Shown here: positions 1 to 14,038 of the stretch, piece after piece
Numbering within the stretch: the first letter of the stretch is position 1
Layout of the letters: every line of letters begins with the position of its first letter
Assembly: GCA_973895155.1 (NCBI GenBank)
Contig: OZ316897.1
Location: forward strand, 20,525,224-20,589,223
Direction of reading: 5' to 3'
DNA length: 64,000 nucleotides
From: Marsupella aquatica
Lineage: Eukaryota; Plantae; Marchantiophyta
Translations under genes and position numbers: made by a program
The notes under the pieces: generated by a model
What the model saw: the letters and a program-made list of their open reading frames with translations, nothing else
Told to the model about the DNA's origin: nothing
Database searches by the model: none

Positions 1-726
1 GACAACAACCAAAAAACACAAACTATTATTTGATGCATGGTATAGTTAAACCCCTGGCTTGGACCTACTGGGGAAGCAATGAAGCAATGTCATGTTTCCA
101 TTCGATACCTTGCTTAAGGCGGTACTGTCCTTTATACCATGGACAACCTACAGTAGCTGATGAAGTTGGGAGAAAATAATACTTAATAATACACGGTCAT
201 TGTATTGGTTGAGACTTATAATTGTAGAACGAAGGGAAGAATACCTACATGATGTACTGTAGTTCAATTTTGCATCACACAAGGAACCATGCCAAAAGCA
301 CAGCCATGTGCTTAGAATACAGGGTAGTAAAGTTCGCCAGGCAAAGCAAGAGGGGAGCACGGGCAAAAAGGGGATGGGTCACAAAGGGGGACTGCAAGAT
401 CAAGGCAAGTTAACGTTGTTAGTGAGCCTGCTTTTGTTTGACTCTAGTATTAGAACAAATACTGGGCATGATATGAGGTGAGGGTTAGGCAAGCCCTCTG
501 TCAATGGCAGAACAGATGAGTACTGCGGATCCAGATCAAAGTACTAATTGAGGCATTCATTCTTTTCTCACAAATCCCAGCCAAAAGTGGGTTTTTGATG
601 TAACTTTTGACACTTTGCGAAGAATGGCATATGTCATGTCTTGTTGGCAACAGAAAAAGAGAACCATGGGCAGTGAGTGCTCGAGCCCATGAGCAAAATC
701 TCTGAAGCACTTAGAGACAAGGGAAG

Positions 727-990
727 GAGGTGGAAAGGTAAACTATATGTACAAGATGTTCACAGAATGTTCCTTATTCATCAGCAAACTTTTCATGCAG
801 TACCAGAAGGTATTTTACTGGTCTAGTTACAGATTCTAAAATATACTCTCAGGCGAGAGCACCAAGGTGGGAAGGTAACTAAGTATGTACAAAATGTTCG
901 CACAATGTAAGGATCCATGAGCATGCTTTTCATGCAGCACCAGAAGGTATTTACGAGTCTAGTTGAAGACTCTATATACTCGCAGGCTGT
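727..990. repeat. Diverged tandem duplication, unit ~137 bp
   Basis: TATGTACAA.ATGTT...TTTTCATGCAG(T/C)ACCAGAAGGTATTT...TCTAGTT occurs twice in succession (~746 and ~883). Confidence 0.6.
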
Positions 991-3900
991 GTATATGTAC
1001 CCAATGTTGCAAGCACTTAGAGACATTGATGCATAAGGAGGATGGTTGCTAACTACTGTGTACATCTAGTGGTCATTGCATACCTGTAAGTTATATATTT
1101 GAGTACTTAATTATTGTTATTACTTAGTCTTTCCAACCCCAATTGCTGGTGGCATTGGTTCAAGGCTCAAATACCACTAATTAAGTTGTAATCTGCTTGG
1201 CAACAGTGATTAGGATTATCACAGTGACAATGTGCAAGGAAGTGGGGGATTGAGTTCTCTCATAGTCAACCAAGTACTCAATGGAGGGTTGTTGTGAGTC
1301 ATAGTCTAGACATGTTGGTTGTAGAGGGCACTAATAGATAGCACTTAATTAGAAGAGTTCTAAGCATTTGTTACACTACACCCTGGCCCATATTTCATTC
1401 TCATTATCTATTTCTCAATATAAAGCAAACCACTCTCTACTACTTTGACGTTGAGTATTACTTCTTGTCAACACAATAAAATGTTGCTGACCCAAACAAG
1501 TGGAAAGCCAGGTTTGAAAGGGACAATGCAGATAGTGTTGGTGTGGGGAAAGCAGTGTACTTATCCTAAATTTTGACTTCCTCTCATGGAAAAACCATCT
1601 GACCTGCTCAGAATGAACATTTTTCAATTCTCCTTCCTACTTTCATATATGTGAACTTGGAGGTAAACCCCCTTTCAAGTAACCAGTTATTATTCTCGAA
1701 ACCTCTCACCCAACCTCCCCCCCCCCCCCTTCTCTCTAAATCATAAGAAATTGCTCAACATTCATTGAGTCCCATAATTGAACCCTGCACCCATTGTGGT
1801 ATTGTGGAGGCTTTTGTGTATGCCGTGCAACAAAGTTATTGTCCATAGTGCCTTGCAACTACGGGGTTGTACTTGTAGGAGGTTCTCAAACAGCTCAACT
1901 ACCAACACCAGAATTTGACCGAGCCTGCAATTCCATGTCAGTTCATATTTCTTTTGTATTCTAGAATAATTTCTAAAAGTCCGAGTAGTAAACCCTTTTT
2001 ATTCCTTTCTCAACACAATACACACTCTGCATGGCTCAATAACTGTTGCAAAAGCCCTGTGCAGAAAGGCCCCTCCTCCGTTGTTGTAGGGTGTCACTCA
2101 GGACTATGTTATTCACACAATACAAGCTCAATTGTTGGCTTTCATCGGCATAATTAGTTGTCCACCGACGGAGCTCACTCTTGTTTTGTCACTTAACACT
2201 AGACAGTACATCTCAATTTTATAATTATTATTCCCTTTCGGAATCATTTTTTAAATTTAACTTCATACCAATAAGATCAGATAATTGTCCCCTTTTAGTT
2301 TGCATCAGGTGACAAATACCTAAGCACAACATGCTAGATACTTGCTTTGTGGCTACAATAGAATTAGGTGACAATGAAAGGTTATAAAAAGGTGCAGAAC
2401 TTCCAGATTATTTGTCAAATTCATACGATCTTCAGATAATGTGCATAATTCTAAGAAGATAATTAGATGAAACTGAAGTAAATCTCAAACTAAGTTTTTT
2501 GTGTGAGAGAATTAGGGAACAAGAACCCTGATGCGATTTTTGCTAATCTGTTGTCAATACATGAATCCTTGCATTGATGCATGGAGCAGATGATTACAAG
2601 TTGATTTAGGAATTCTCAGAGACGGGGAATGACTGCAACTTGAAAGCAAGGGATATGAAATGGATAGAGAGAGTTCAGGCAAGCTAGAGCTCTGGCAACA
2701 GTTGAGGTGAGAGCCGGAGTGAGGCTAATTTAGACTCAAGGGGACATTGTCATGAGCAGAAAAAAGAGCAGACCTTCTTTCCCCCTCCCATTTTCAATTT
2801 TCCTTACCTCCCCTTTCTTACCTTTTCCTTCCTCTTTCTCCCTCTCCCTCTTTGCTAGCCCCTCTTCCTCTCTTTTCCAAGGAAAGAAAATAGGTTGGGT
2901 GCAAGGCGTTATTCATATGAAATGCTTTGGTTGACACAAAATATCATGGGCAAAAAACTGTCAAGTGCCAATGGATTGCAAAGAAGGTAAAAAATAATAT
3001 TGAACCAAAATGAAAATTTCATGCAGCAAAAGAAGATGTTCGAGGATCTAAACAAACTAAGACACGGTAGAGAAAAAGAGAGGCAAGAGAGGTTGAATTC
3101 ACCCTCACTCGCAAAAGAAAAAATACAAGTCCACATCTCCTCCGAAAAATCAGGAAAGCTGGGACGGGGATCTTGGCACAATGAATTTAGCCCCATCGTC
3201 AAAAGAAAACCAGAATTCAGCCTTGAAAGAATAAATATATTGCCATAGAAACTTCCCAGAGTCCTAGGCTTCCCTTGTGCAGACTACCACATACAAACTG
3301 CATCCCATTAATTGCACATCAAAATGATGCAATTATATAATATGTACTATGTCACTCCATACCATAATAAACCCAATATTAGGGGTCTCTCACTATATGG
3401 AACCCCAGATCACTGGCAATGTTTTTAATGGGTATTAAATCTGAAACTTAAAAAATATGGCTGTGTGGTAGTTCACTTGAATTGAGACTGACTTAAGTCT
3501 TGGTTTTAAATCTTGTCACTGATTGTTCCCTTTCTGTCAGTGGGGATTTACAGATTCCCTTTTTAGAGAAAAAAACTAAAAAAACTTAAGACCGAATGAA
3601 TTGTTTTTGCCTTAGTTAGTTTCAATATTCTTGGAATATTGAAAATGTTTTCAAAACACTTTATTTTATTATAAGTCTCAAAACTGGACTTAAAAACGTC
3701 AGTGTTCTCATTTAAAAAAAAAGTCTTCTGACTCCTAGAACCAATAAAATGATGATCTGTTTTTGTGGAAGCTAGACTAGTAAAACCCAGTTATTTTTGC
3801 TTTGACGGAGTGATATTTGAACTTATCTGTATATGGCTTTGATGTGCAATAATTGGGACGCGCACAAAACCACAATACCATGTACCTGCATATTATTATA

Positions 3901-4470
3901 TAAGAGAGCCTACACATGTACCAGATTCTCTTTATCAGCCAGCACATAAAACTTATAGCCCCCCTCCACTGACAATAAATATTTTGGCAGGATTTTGTTC
4001 CTTGGCCAGCTCCTTTCAATTGTTTGAACCAGGTGCCTCAACAGGAGTTGGAAACCCAATGTCCAACTGTTGTGCATGTATGCCGAGTTGAGTAAAATAA
4101 GTGCATGTGAGGCAACTGGAAGTGTTGTCATTTTGGTTATAGTCTCATCAGTGTAGTCATGTTCTAAAAGAGTCAAAACTTAAACACAACTCCAATATTC
4201 AGTCACATTGTGTTCAAGTTCAAAAGTGTTGTTGGTCACAAGACCCAAAAACATTTTTTAACAATTCGTGTTCGGGGATAGTCCAAAATAACACTAATTC
4301 TAAATCTCTTAATAAGCCTAATTCCTACACAACACTAATCAGGACAGACAGTGTAGTTGCATTAGAGTATTCATATATCAGACCAGAGATTGATCTAGTG
4401 ATCTCTCCTCTCCTCTGAGAGATTTTATGGTTAAATGTCGGGAAGGGTGGAGGTGGGGCCGCTTCTCTAG

Positions 4471-4609
4471 TCACCTCCTAAGCTATGGCATGCCTACAAA
4501 TTTATGTAGCTCACAGTTTGTATCACAAGAAAGAAGTCGTCACCTCCTAAGCTATGGCATGCCTACAAATTTCTGTAGCTCACAGTTTGCATCACCAAAA
4601 AGAACTCGT
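4471..4609. repeat. Tandem duplication, 69-bp unit x2
   Basis: TCACCTCCTAAGCTATGGCATGCCTACAAATTT(A/C)TGTAGCTCACAGTTTG starts at 4471 and again at 4540. Confidence 0.85.
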
Positions 4610-6059
4610 GGCTTCTCAGCGTTGGAGAGGAGCGCTGCTTCATTCCTGACGGGGTGCTTTTATTAAGCGTCGGTTGTATCTAGAGCCACATTGCCTCGCA
4701 TGAGAGCTCCACGTTTGCTCGAGGATCTTACCGCATAGCCCCGAGGAAGGCAACGAAATTCCTTCGGAGAATCGGAGTCATGAGACAGACAAAACTCTAC
4801 CATGAGAGAGAAAAATATCCTCCCCTAGTCCTCTATTCAACCAGACACTTTTAGGCGGTTACGGCTCGGTTGCTCATGATTGTACAGTATGTTCAGTGGC
4901 TTGTCCTTCGATGTGTGAAGCTATGCGGGAGAAATTGTCTAGGCTGGACATTCGAGGTCCTTGTAGTAACGGCTTCGATCTTTCCTTCTGGGAAATTCTT
5001 GTGAATCGGATGGCGTTGAGCTGCTCCTGCTGTGCTAGCTCGGCTATGGTTTAGTCTTAGTTCTTAGCTGGGGAGAGTTGTTGTCGTTCTTCTGAATATT
5101 GCATGCTTTGTTGTCTGTGTTGTCGGCATTGTGCCCTGGTTTTGTCTGACTGTCAGTTTGACGTTCTTCGCCTTGGAAATACGACTTTAAAACAAACCAG
5201 ACAAGAGAACACGACAGTGCACAGAAAAGGGTAGCCCACAGAGGGGAAAGCCTCTCGGAGTCTCGGGGTTGTGTCTACCGGCGTCATAGGTTCTCCACGT
5301 TCTGCGTGTGGGTGCTGTGCGAGTGCAGCTTTTTGGGTGTTCTCTGGCTTCTATCTGGACCCTTTTCTTGTGGCTGCTCCCTGTGCAGTAGGTCTCATCA
5401 TTCAGGCTCGCTTGGACCAAATTTACAGACTTGCAGTCCATCATTTATTTCCTTGCTTTGAGATCTAACTCCTGCTGTGGTGCAGTAACTTGCTGTGGGC
5501 AGATTTTCAGCGTAGATTTGGCTGCTAATAAATACTGGGGCAAGCTCCAAGTTCTGGAGGATATTCTCAGGAATGGAGCCACAGGCTAAGTTTAGTATGG
5601 TGGACATTAATCTCCCACAGGTTTGTACATTTGTGCCGACTCCGTGTAAGAATGTCGGTTTTCGCCACCTTGCAACTGCGAAGTGTCTGCTCAAGTTGTT
5701 TCTATGCTTGTTTTTCCCCTTTCCCTCCATGCTTCGTCTGGAACACCATTCGTTGAACTGATGAATGAGATCAATTGGTCTGACAAGTAAATCTTGGGGA
5801 AATTTGGGCCTACAAGGTCAGCTACGACCATTTCGCTTCACAGATCTGGATTGTTTCGATCATCTGGGTCGTTCATTGCAAGACAGAACTTTGGCTGGTA
5901 GCAGAAAAGGCCTGTTGAGTCACTGGTATGCACCGCACAATATAATATTGTCAATGGACGATCGATCCTGACAAGTTCAAAGGGTGAATGTCTTTTCATG
6001 ACAATGAATGAGCTTCGCTCATGCCTCGTTTGGGAAACTTCGCTTCCTCTGCTGCAGTC

Positions 6060-6929
6060 CCCGGTTTGATGTGACGGGCAACTTGCTGAGTTGCCGGGCA
6101 CGTAAACTCGGCATTTGCCGGCCTAAAATGCTCTCATTTGACGCATATTCGTCATTATTCCCCGGCTCAGCCCGAACTTCTCCCGGCCCGGCCCGAACTC
6201 CTCCCGGCCTCTTCCCGGACCCGGCCCGGCCCCCCCCCTACCTCTCGTCACCCGGCCCCGGCCCCGGCTTTACGCCCCGGCTTTACATCCCGGCCCGGCC
6301 CGGGTGGAGGAAGGCCCGGGTGGGGGGAGGGAGGAGGCCCGGCCCGGGTGGAGGGGGGCCCGGGTGGGGGGGGGAGGAGGCCCGGGTGGGGGGAGGCCCG
6401 GCCCGGGTGGAGGGAGGCCCGGGTGGGGGGGAGGAGGGAGGCCCGGCCCGGGTGAAGGGAGGGGTCTCGGGGTGGGAGGCCCGGGTGGGGGGGGGGAGGA
6501 GGCCCGGGAGGCCCGGGTGGGGGGGGGAAGGAGGCCCGGCCAGGGTGGAGGGAGGCCCGGGTGGGGGGGAGGAGGGAGGCCCGGCCCGGGTGAAGAGAGG
6601 GGTTGGAGGAGGGAGGAGGGAAGATAAGCCCGGGCCGGGAGGGGGGGGGGGGGTCCGGGCCGGGGGGGGGGGGGCTTTAGGGTCCGGGCCGGGAGGGTGA
6701 AGGGTCCGGGCCGGGGGGAGGGGCGTTAGGGTCCGGGCCGGGAGGGTGAGGGTCCGGGCCGGGGGAAGTTTAGGGTCCGGGGCCGGGAGGGAAGAGGACC
6801 GGGAGTACTCAGGCCGGGACCGGATTTACTCGGGCCGGGACCAGATGATGACGACCGGGAGAGACCGGGTGTCGGCTTGCCGGTTGACGGCCTTAAAATG
6901 GCCTATTTGCCGGGCAAGTCCAAACCGGG
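6060..6929. mobile_element. GC-rich non-autonomous DNA transposon with CCCGG termini and internal CCCGG/CCGGG repeat arrays
   Basis: TIR CCCGGTTTG (6060) / CAAACCGGG (ends 6929); perfect 8-bp TSD CTGCAGTC at 6052-6059 and 6930-6937; interior built from GGCCCGGGTGG-type units. Confidence 0.85.
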
Positions 6930-7719
6930 CTGCAGTCTATCAGGAGACCCGTACTGGACCGCTTTACTGCACTGTAGTAGTACTGTTTGGTGCGCATCTC
7001 GAGTCTTTGTACTGTAGGTTGCTGCTGTAGTGCTGTACCCATAAACAATTAGGTGATTTCGCTTTTGCTCTCTCTCTCTGTGCCACAGTTTGGTCTCCGT
7101 AGGAATATTACTGTGTGGTCAGCTTGCCTAGATGTGTACCGGATTGACCCAGAGCTCGCTCAGTAAAGTTGGACGACTGCATGAGGGTGTGATTCGAAAA
7201 TGATTGTTTCAATTCGTTAAGCTCTAATGGAAGTATGCAGAAAGCATGCGTTACAAAATTCTCAAGGTATAATTAGGTAAATTCCATGTAGGTATGAACA
7301 GTTCAACTTCCAATTCCAGTCCAGTCAATTTGGTGGAATCATGTCTCCCGGTTTGGTGCAATTTGTTCTGTGGCAGTATGCTATATAAAATTGAGGGTAT
7401 CATTCGAAATGATGTTGTTTCAGGTTCCTAAGCTTGAGAGGTGTAGTAGACATTCATGAAACATGCAAGATCTCAAGGAATACCAGAAAGTGAGGGTCTG
7501 GGAGACAATCATGCAGACTGTGTGCCGTTCAACCTTTGAAATCGGTCCAATCAGGGACGGTGTGCCGTTCAACCTTTAAAATCAGCCCAGTAAGGATTAC
7601 AGGAGCGTTGAGGGTGTCATTCCAAATGATTTCGTTTCAGGTCCTTACAAGTACTTGGGGTCTGTCTTTTTTCTTCCTCTGTCTGAGACTCTCGGAGATG
7701 CAATCGTAGCCATTGAAAT

Positions 7720-8030
7720 ATGGGGACAGGCCAAGCTTCATTTTACATGAACTTGGAGCACAATCTGGCAAAACCATTACCAACCCGAGGCACTTGCTAG
7801 TGGGTTCTTTTCTCGCTGATGTGGCCATGCTCTTTTTCAAAAACTTAGACCACTTCTTGAGGTGCGCTTTTCTTGCTGATGTGGTCATGCCTTTTTTCAA
7901 TCGAAACTAAGATCACTTCTTGAGGTGGTCGAAAGATGGACTGCTTGGTCCATCTCCATTCAGGATCTTTCATTTATTTTCTCCAGGCCTGGCACATTTA
8001 CCTGACACATTTTGGCTCAGGCAGTACGCA
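7720..8030 (+). repeat. Copy of a dispersed repeat family (also ~21880-22120 and ~23180-23330)
   Basis: Shared blocks TTTACATGAACTTGG, AAAACTTAGACC.C.TCTTGAGGTG and ACCTGACACATTTTGGCTCAGGCA. Confidence 0.65.
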
Positions 8031-11000
8031 CTGGATTTCAGGTTTGCAGTGGGTGAATTTGCATTGTGTGAATTTGCAATGGGTGAACAGTGACCATTTG
8101 TGCCCAGGAGTTCTTATAATGTCCCCCTAAGCTGAAGAGGTGAACGCACATTTGCGAGTCAGGCAAGCATTGTAAGCTTTTAAATATCTCAGAGAGAATC
8201 CTGTAGCCAGTCGGCAGTTCAACTTCTTGAATCAGTACCGTCAAGCTTAGGGAATGGCTGAAGGGGTGTCATTCTAACAGATTTTGTTTCAGGCTGTCAA
8301 TACTTAATTCTGGATATATGTTTGAGCAACAGCCAAGCAAAGAAAGATTGTCGAGGGAGCCAGGTTGGGAGAATCGGCATTTGAGCTGCAAAGCTACGCC
8401 CAGTTAAAAGGTTGCATTCAAAATTTGCCAAAATTATGTCATTTGTCAGATCAATACACAAGGTGAATTCACACTGAACACGAGTCATGTGCACAAGGAA
8501 GTAAATGATGATTCACGACATACATAACCGAATATAACGTAAGTTTTGGACGGCGACATTGGTGTTCAAACTTCTACTTAAAATCGTCCAAGACCATGGA
8601 TACTGCTACATAACTGACAGTGATGTGGCAACCAAATCATCGATCAGAACCAGGGCTTCAGACTGAGCCTACAAAGCGGTGTTCCTATCAGAATATTGAA
8701 CGGATGTGTCCACAGTAAGAGTATTTTGACCTCAAATATGTGTGTTTTTTGAACGGAAATGTTGCCTACAAAGGGCCTAGCATCCTCGGATCCTCCTCTT
8801 ACAACGCGCTACACCAGAAATTGATGCTTACTGTACTAGTTAGCTCAAACGACGACATTGACCTGCTGGCAGTCTTAGCTTCACCCTTTAGGCGATCCAG
8901 AGTCTAAACTACTAGCCTTTTAGTCAAAACATCACTTTGAGGACGAAACAGATGAGCAGACCCAGCATTATCTCGTTTTGCGCAATCCATAGCCTGGTAG
9001 CTCTATCCGAGAGGGATGAGGTGATGGATTGCGTCAGACAACGATCTTTATAACCATTCTTGGTTGAATATTCTTAGGCAATCTTCGTCAATCTATTGAC
9101 GAAAGAATGGCCCTAGTGTGGGCGTTCAGGCCAACCGTGGGAGTAGTACAGTACCACCACGCCTGTCTTTTGATGAGGCGTGGTGGCACACGCGATTACA
9201 GCCTAGCTAGGATACCCGGCTTTCTCAATGGGAAACGCAGGCTGCTTTCCATCTTCGAAAATAGCTCTGCTACATGTCTCACATAATCCGAGGATAATTA
9301 CACAGCTTGCTGCGGTGTAGTTGAAAATCAGCAGGACGAGTCAAAACCTTTAATTAAGCGATCGATCCAGAATAAATATCTTGTAAGGTCAGTCTCTGAA
9401 ATCTATGCATACGCCAGTGAACCTACGTGCGGATTGACCACCTCCAGCTTGAAAGCTCGAAAATTAGTCCTTGCATACAATTGCCTTCTTCCTTCTAGAA
9501 TATTGAGTTTCATCAGACCGTGAGATGGCACAACTTCCTCAAAATGCTCGGACAGATACCAAGCCCGTTATCCATGCTTTCTATCCCAGATGTCCAACGA
9601 AAAGTGATACTCAACTCCGAACTTTGTACCTTGTTGTCCAACCTCTTTGCTAACATTATTTTCAGTTTTATGGTAGTCGATGGGTGCAAAAACTTGCTTG
9701 CTAACTTTCGATACTTAGTTGACTTGGTTTCTTGACATTTCATCTTTCAGTCGACCATCCAACCCCGCCGTGGGCTTAAAAAGAAAGAAAATTTGCTTTA
9801 TCATTATGATCATCAGATCGAGATTTTTCAGATCAGTGAAATCAGCTGTGAGTAACTTGATCCGCCCAGGGCAACCTTCTAATTTCAAGGAAACTTTTAG
9901 ATCCAATTGTTGAAACGACGTTATTTCTCATTCTTGTTGACTATAGAGGGACACAGCTTTCAATCCCCTGATGCGATCGACCTGCTGATAAAGCAGCTAG
10001 GTGTATTGGAATCAGGTGGCCGGTGTGTTTCTCACTCTATGCAGAAAACAGAATAAACAAAGCGTTAATGAGGAACGGGACTGACCTTGTTCTGAGAATG
10101 GATAATGAGCCAGGCAAACGACGAACGGTGAGCTCGAAATTAGTCTCATGACTCCGTCAAATTAATGACAAGACAGTAGAAGATCAATAGTGATGTTCAA
10201 GCTCGGACTTGGGAACGATCCAGTCAGCTGGCTGCCTTTGATCAAAACAACTGGCAGAACCTTTTTCGTAATGTCGATCTACAAACTTTCCCGGAAGAGA
10301 ACATTCTAGAATGACTGCAGGCAAATATAGGCGTAGCAGGTCAATGAGGATTAGGCAGTAGTGGACACCAGATTATATATTAATGTAACGCGGAGTCCTC
10401 AATATTTCTCTTCACAACTATAACCTCGTGTACGGTAATACTTTCTCGTTGGCCGATTTAAGTCGATGGATTTCCTTAGCCTCAATTATAAGGTAAACAT
10501 TGGACATCCCTAGCCTGATGCTACAGTTGTTTCTTTGGCCCAGCATCTCATGAATGAAACTTCTAGATGCAGTTTCTGTAGCAGATGCAAGATATCTCAT
10601 GGATGCAACTTCTAGATGCAAGTTCGGTAAATGTCATCACAGAAATTGAAGCTTCTTGTTCAAACCAAAGATAGAATACTAGGATTCTAGAGAGTCATAC
10701 CAACACGAATAAGGAAGCCGCACGGGAAGCCACAGCAGCAAGAGCCCACCATCAGGATGATCCACCATCACTTTTTCATCGCTGATCGTGTCAGTGCTTT
10801 CGTTTTCCTTCCGGTCCTCGGAGGCTTCAGACTTTGGAAAGTTTCTATGCATGCTTGGACTGCATTGAAAGCAAACTATCGATCATTGGATCCATATTCT
10901 CGGAAATTCGGTGAGCAGAAATTCGCTTCAATCAGTTGGGCATGATAGAAGTGCCAAACCGAAAAGTAGAACCTCTCAATCGTTGGACGAGTATTCTCGG

Positions 11001-14000
11001 AAATTAGGTGAGCGGAAATTCACTTCAATGCATGCAGATGCATGCTAGGAGTGCAAAGCATATGCAAAACCTCAAACTTATCCTCGTCAATTGGGTGATC
11101 AGAATTCACCTTTGAGGTCACTGTGACAAGCGGAAAACCTGTCCGTCTTTTTGCTATCTAGGGATGGAGTCTGGTTTGACGTACATGTGTACAAACGAAT
11201 ATACTGGAAAGCAAGTGCTCGTCTCCATCGATTTCGGGTCGTTGCATTCCCATTCCGACATCCCAATGATCTGCAATTGAGCTCGACTACTGACTGAGCG
11301 TTTCTTTATGAGATTCTGCTAAAGTTCTGTCAGATTATATCTTGCTCTAAAACCTGCAATTTCAAATCTGTAGCTTGGTACAGTCGTCCTACAGCGATGG
11401 CTGTTGCTCTGGGAACGATGGACCTCGCCACCTCCTCCGTTTAGTCAGGTTCTCACTGTAACATTGATCTTGAGACCCAGCTTCACCTTTGCCGATGATG
11501 ACAATGAATGAACCATGGGAAATGTCAGGACACCAGAAGTCTTGGAGAATGAGGTTTAAAGGACACTGGGTTTCCTCAAGTCTCCAGAGTTTGTCATGGT
11601 CTTTAGTGCCCAGTGAGTAGTGCCCCTTCATGACAATTATCTTGCAAACATATATAGAATATTATGGATCCCACACAAAGACTGAAGGGAAGAAGGCAGA
11701 TCGATCTACTAGCCACAATGAGGATGTTCCTGGAAGAGGCTTGGCCCACGGACAAGTTGAAGTAACCAAGCACATAAGAAGCAATAAGATGGTACGGCGA
11801 CGGTCAAACACTCACATACGGTGTTGGCATATGTTGCCTGCTATAGAAGTACTGTAAGGAGGACGAGAGCAAGGTTAAATAACCGCAACGGTGTTGCATT
11901 GCCATAACAGGCACATGTGTCATTTGCAAGAAGGAGATGTGGTCAAATGAGTCTAATCCTTACAAAGTGTGTTGCAGAAGAGCCTACTCAAATACTCTTG
12001 ATAGGAAGAAAAAATAATTTGGTTAGAAACCCAACAAGGGCATTTCGACTGAGGCTTGAACTATTCATTCGTTTTAGGAACGCGGTGGGATACATAAATG
12101 GTGGCATTGAAGAGTGAACCAGGACTTTTCACTTTTCATTGGGCAAAGGAAAAAAACAAACAAACGCCATTCGAGACATATGCGATAGATGAACGACTGT
12201 CTACAAGAAACTTCAGATTTTGGTACGATCTAGAGAATCAACCAAAGATTCTATCCAGAAGACTATTACACTAGCGTGTTCAGCGCTTTGACGTAGTGGA
12301 CGTAAGCTCCGTGCTAAATAAAGGTACTGGGAGAGCAGAATTGGGTTCCGTAAGGAAGGGTAGGATCGAAAGGTTCAACCAAAGAAGACTAACCCAAGAA
12401 GACTAACACTAAAATGTTTCCGAGCTCAGACTAAATGGTTTCCCTCATGGTCGTAAGCTCTGTGCTGAAGGCTATGGTCAGGAAGGTAGCGGGGGACCAG
12501 AATTCGGTTCCGTAAGGAATGCTCAAGGGCACTGAACTGAACCCTTAATCATAAACGGAGCCCATCACACTGTAGGCGCGAACATTGAATGGTTGAATTT
12601 ATGACCCTGACTCATCTGGGACGCGTCGAGGCTGATTGATGTTCTTTGCTACGAAAGGCCAGATGTGTTACAATCCGTGACTTAGGTCTAATGGAGTCCC
12701 CACGAATTTCCCCATCAAGACCTGTGACATAGTTATGCACATGAAGTGATGCAATAGGTACATATAGCACGAAGCCGTAAATAGGTACACTCTTCTTTTG
12801 CTTTTAATGTATAATTTTAATGTTTGCTTACAAAAGGTAAATACAGCAGTAGCAGAGGTGCATTTAAAGCTACATTATTGTCCGTCTACTCATTTGCACA
12901 ATTTTGTACTTTTGTTTTTCACTTTTTTTGTTAGTGATTTCTGACATGCTTCCGCTGAAACAATGCCACGAATCTGGTTGAGAAAGGATTTTCTTTTGCA
13001 TGCCATATATTCGACGGAGTCGGTGCTGTCAAGTGTTCATGCGGATTGTAGTGCTCGTGTAGAAATTTTATTGCTTCACTATCTGTTGGACCTGTTGAGA
13101 GAGGCTATACGTTCTTCCCACGAAACTGTAGTTGTGGTGCTGAAATACATATCCGGCGAGGGGCAAGGGCAAAGGCAACGCCACGAATATGGGTACAAAT
13201 ACTCCTTTGGGCGCTTAGAAATAAGGGAATCAAAAACTCAGTACAAAATGTCAGCTACTGTTGAATGATTGGTGCCTCTAACCTCAGTGGGTGTTTGAAT
13301 TTGATATTACTTTGTCACTTAGTAATGCCACAGTGAAGTGTCTCAGTTCACAGACTGACTTAAATAACGTCTTCAATGTTGATTCTGAGATTCATGAGTG
13401 TCTCGTTACAGACACTTGCAAAATGCTCTTCAATGCGGATGTCAGATATTAATCCGTTTGTACTTGACAAGCAGAAAGTTTGGGAAATGCGTGAATGCCT
13501 GATATTTGGCTAATAAGGAAGTTCCTTCCAAACAGTATAAAAAGAATTTTAGCAATGTCTCAGATCAGCCAGCATTTTGCTGCGAGTAGGAAGAAATAGG
13601 ACACAGCTTCGGTAGCCTAAGAGCATCAACACAAAGAGTTGCAATGATGACAAATTCCCTTCGCCTGTGGGTGAAGAATTTATTGAAAAATGGTGACCAC
13701 TCGAGCTAATTCGACCTCAAACGTCGAATTTTGGAACAAGAATGAAAGACTGCAAATAATCAACCTAGCTTGAACTAATCGAATGAATACAGTCGTGAGT
13801 ACCTAGCTCGTTTTTCCTGTCATATGCTAATTTTGTTGAATTCATTACTCAGGGGACATTTGTAAAGCACTTAATCTTTACAGGAAACGAGGTTGGGCGA
13901 CCGTACTAGTTCTACGTTTTGTAGAACAGTAGAAAATGAGAATACCATGAAAACTAATCAAAGGGTTGTTTATCAGTGACAATGTACTGTCAAACTGAAC

Positions 14001-14038
14001 CACTGCTAAATCAAGGTACATCTTTGAAAAGCATATAT

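Noticed and set aside
5187-5760. Possible LINE 3' end on the minus strand, sharing GGGTAGCCCACA with the putative SINE
   Set aside because: Only a 12-bp match, and no convincing RT or zinc-finger motif could be read.
6008-6700. Gly/Pro/Arg-rich ORFs of up to 230 aa
   Set aside because: All three frames are open because the GC-rich repeat lacks stop codons; the region is a TIR/TSD-bounded element, not a gene.
8500-10700. Coding-like composition and short ORFs suggesting a decayed gene
   Set aside because: No family motif or consistent exon chain could be identified by eye.
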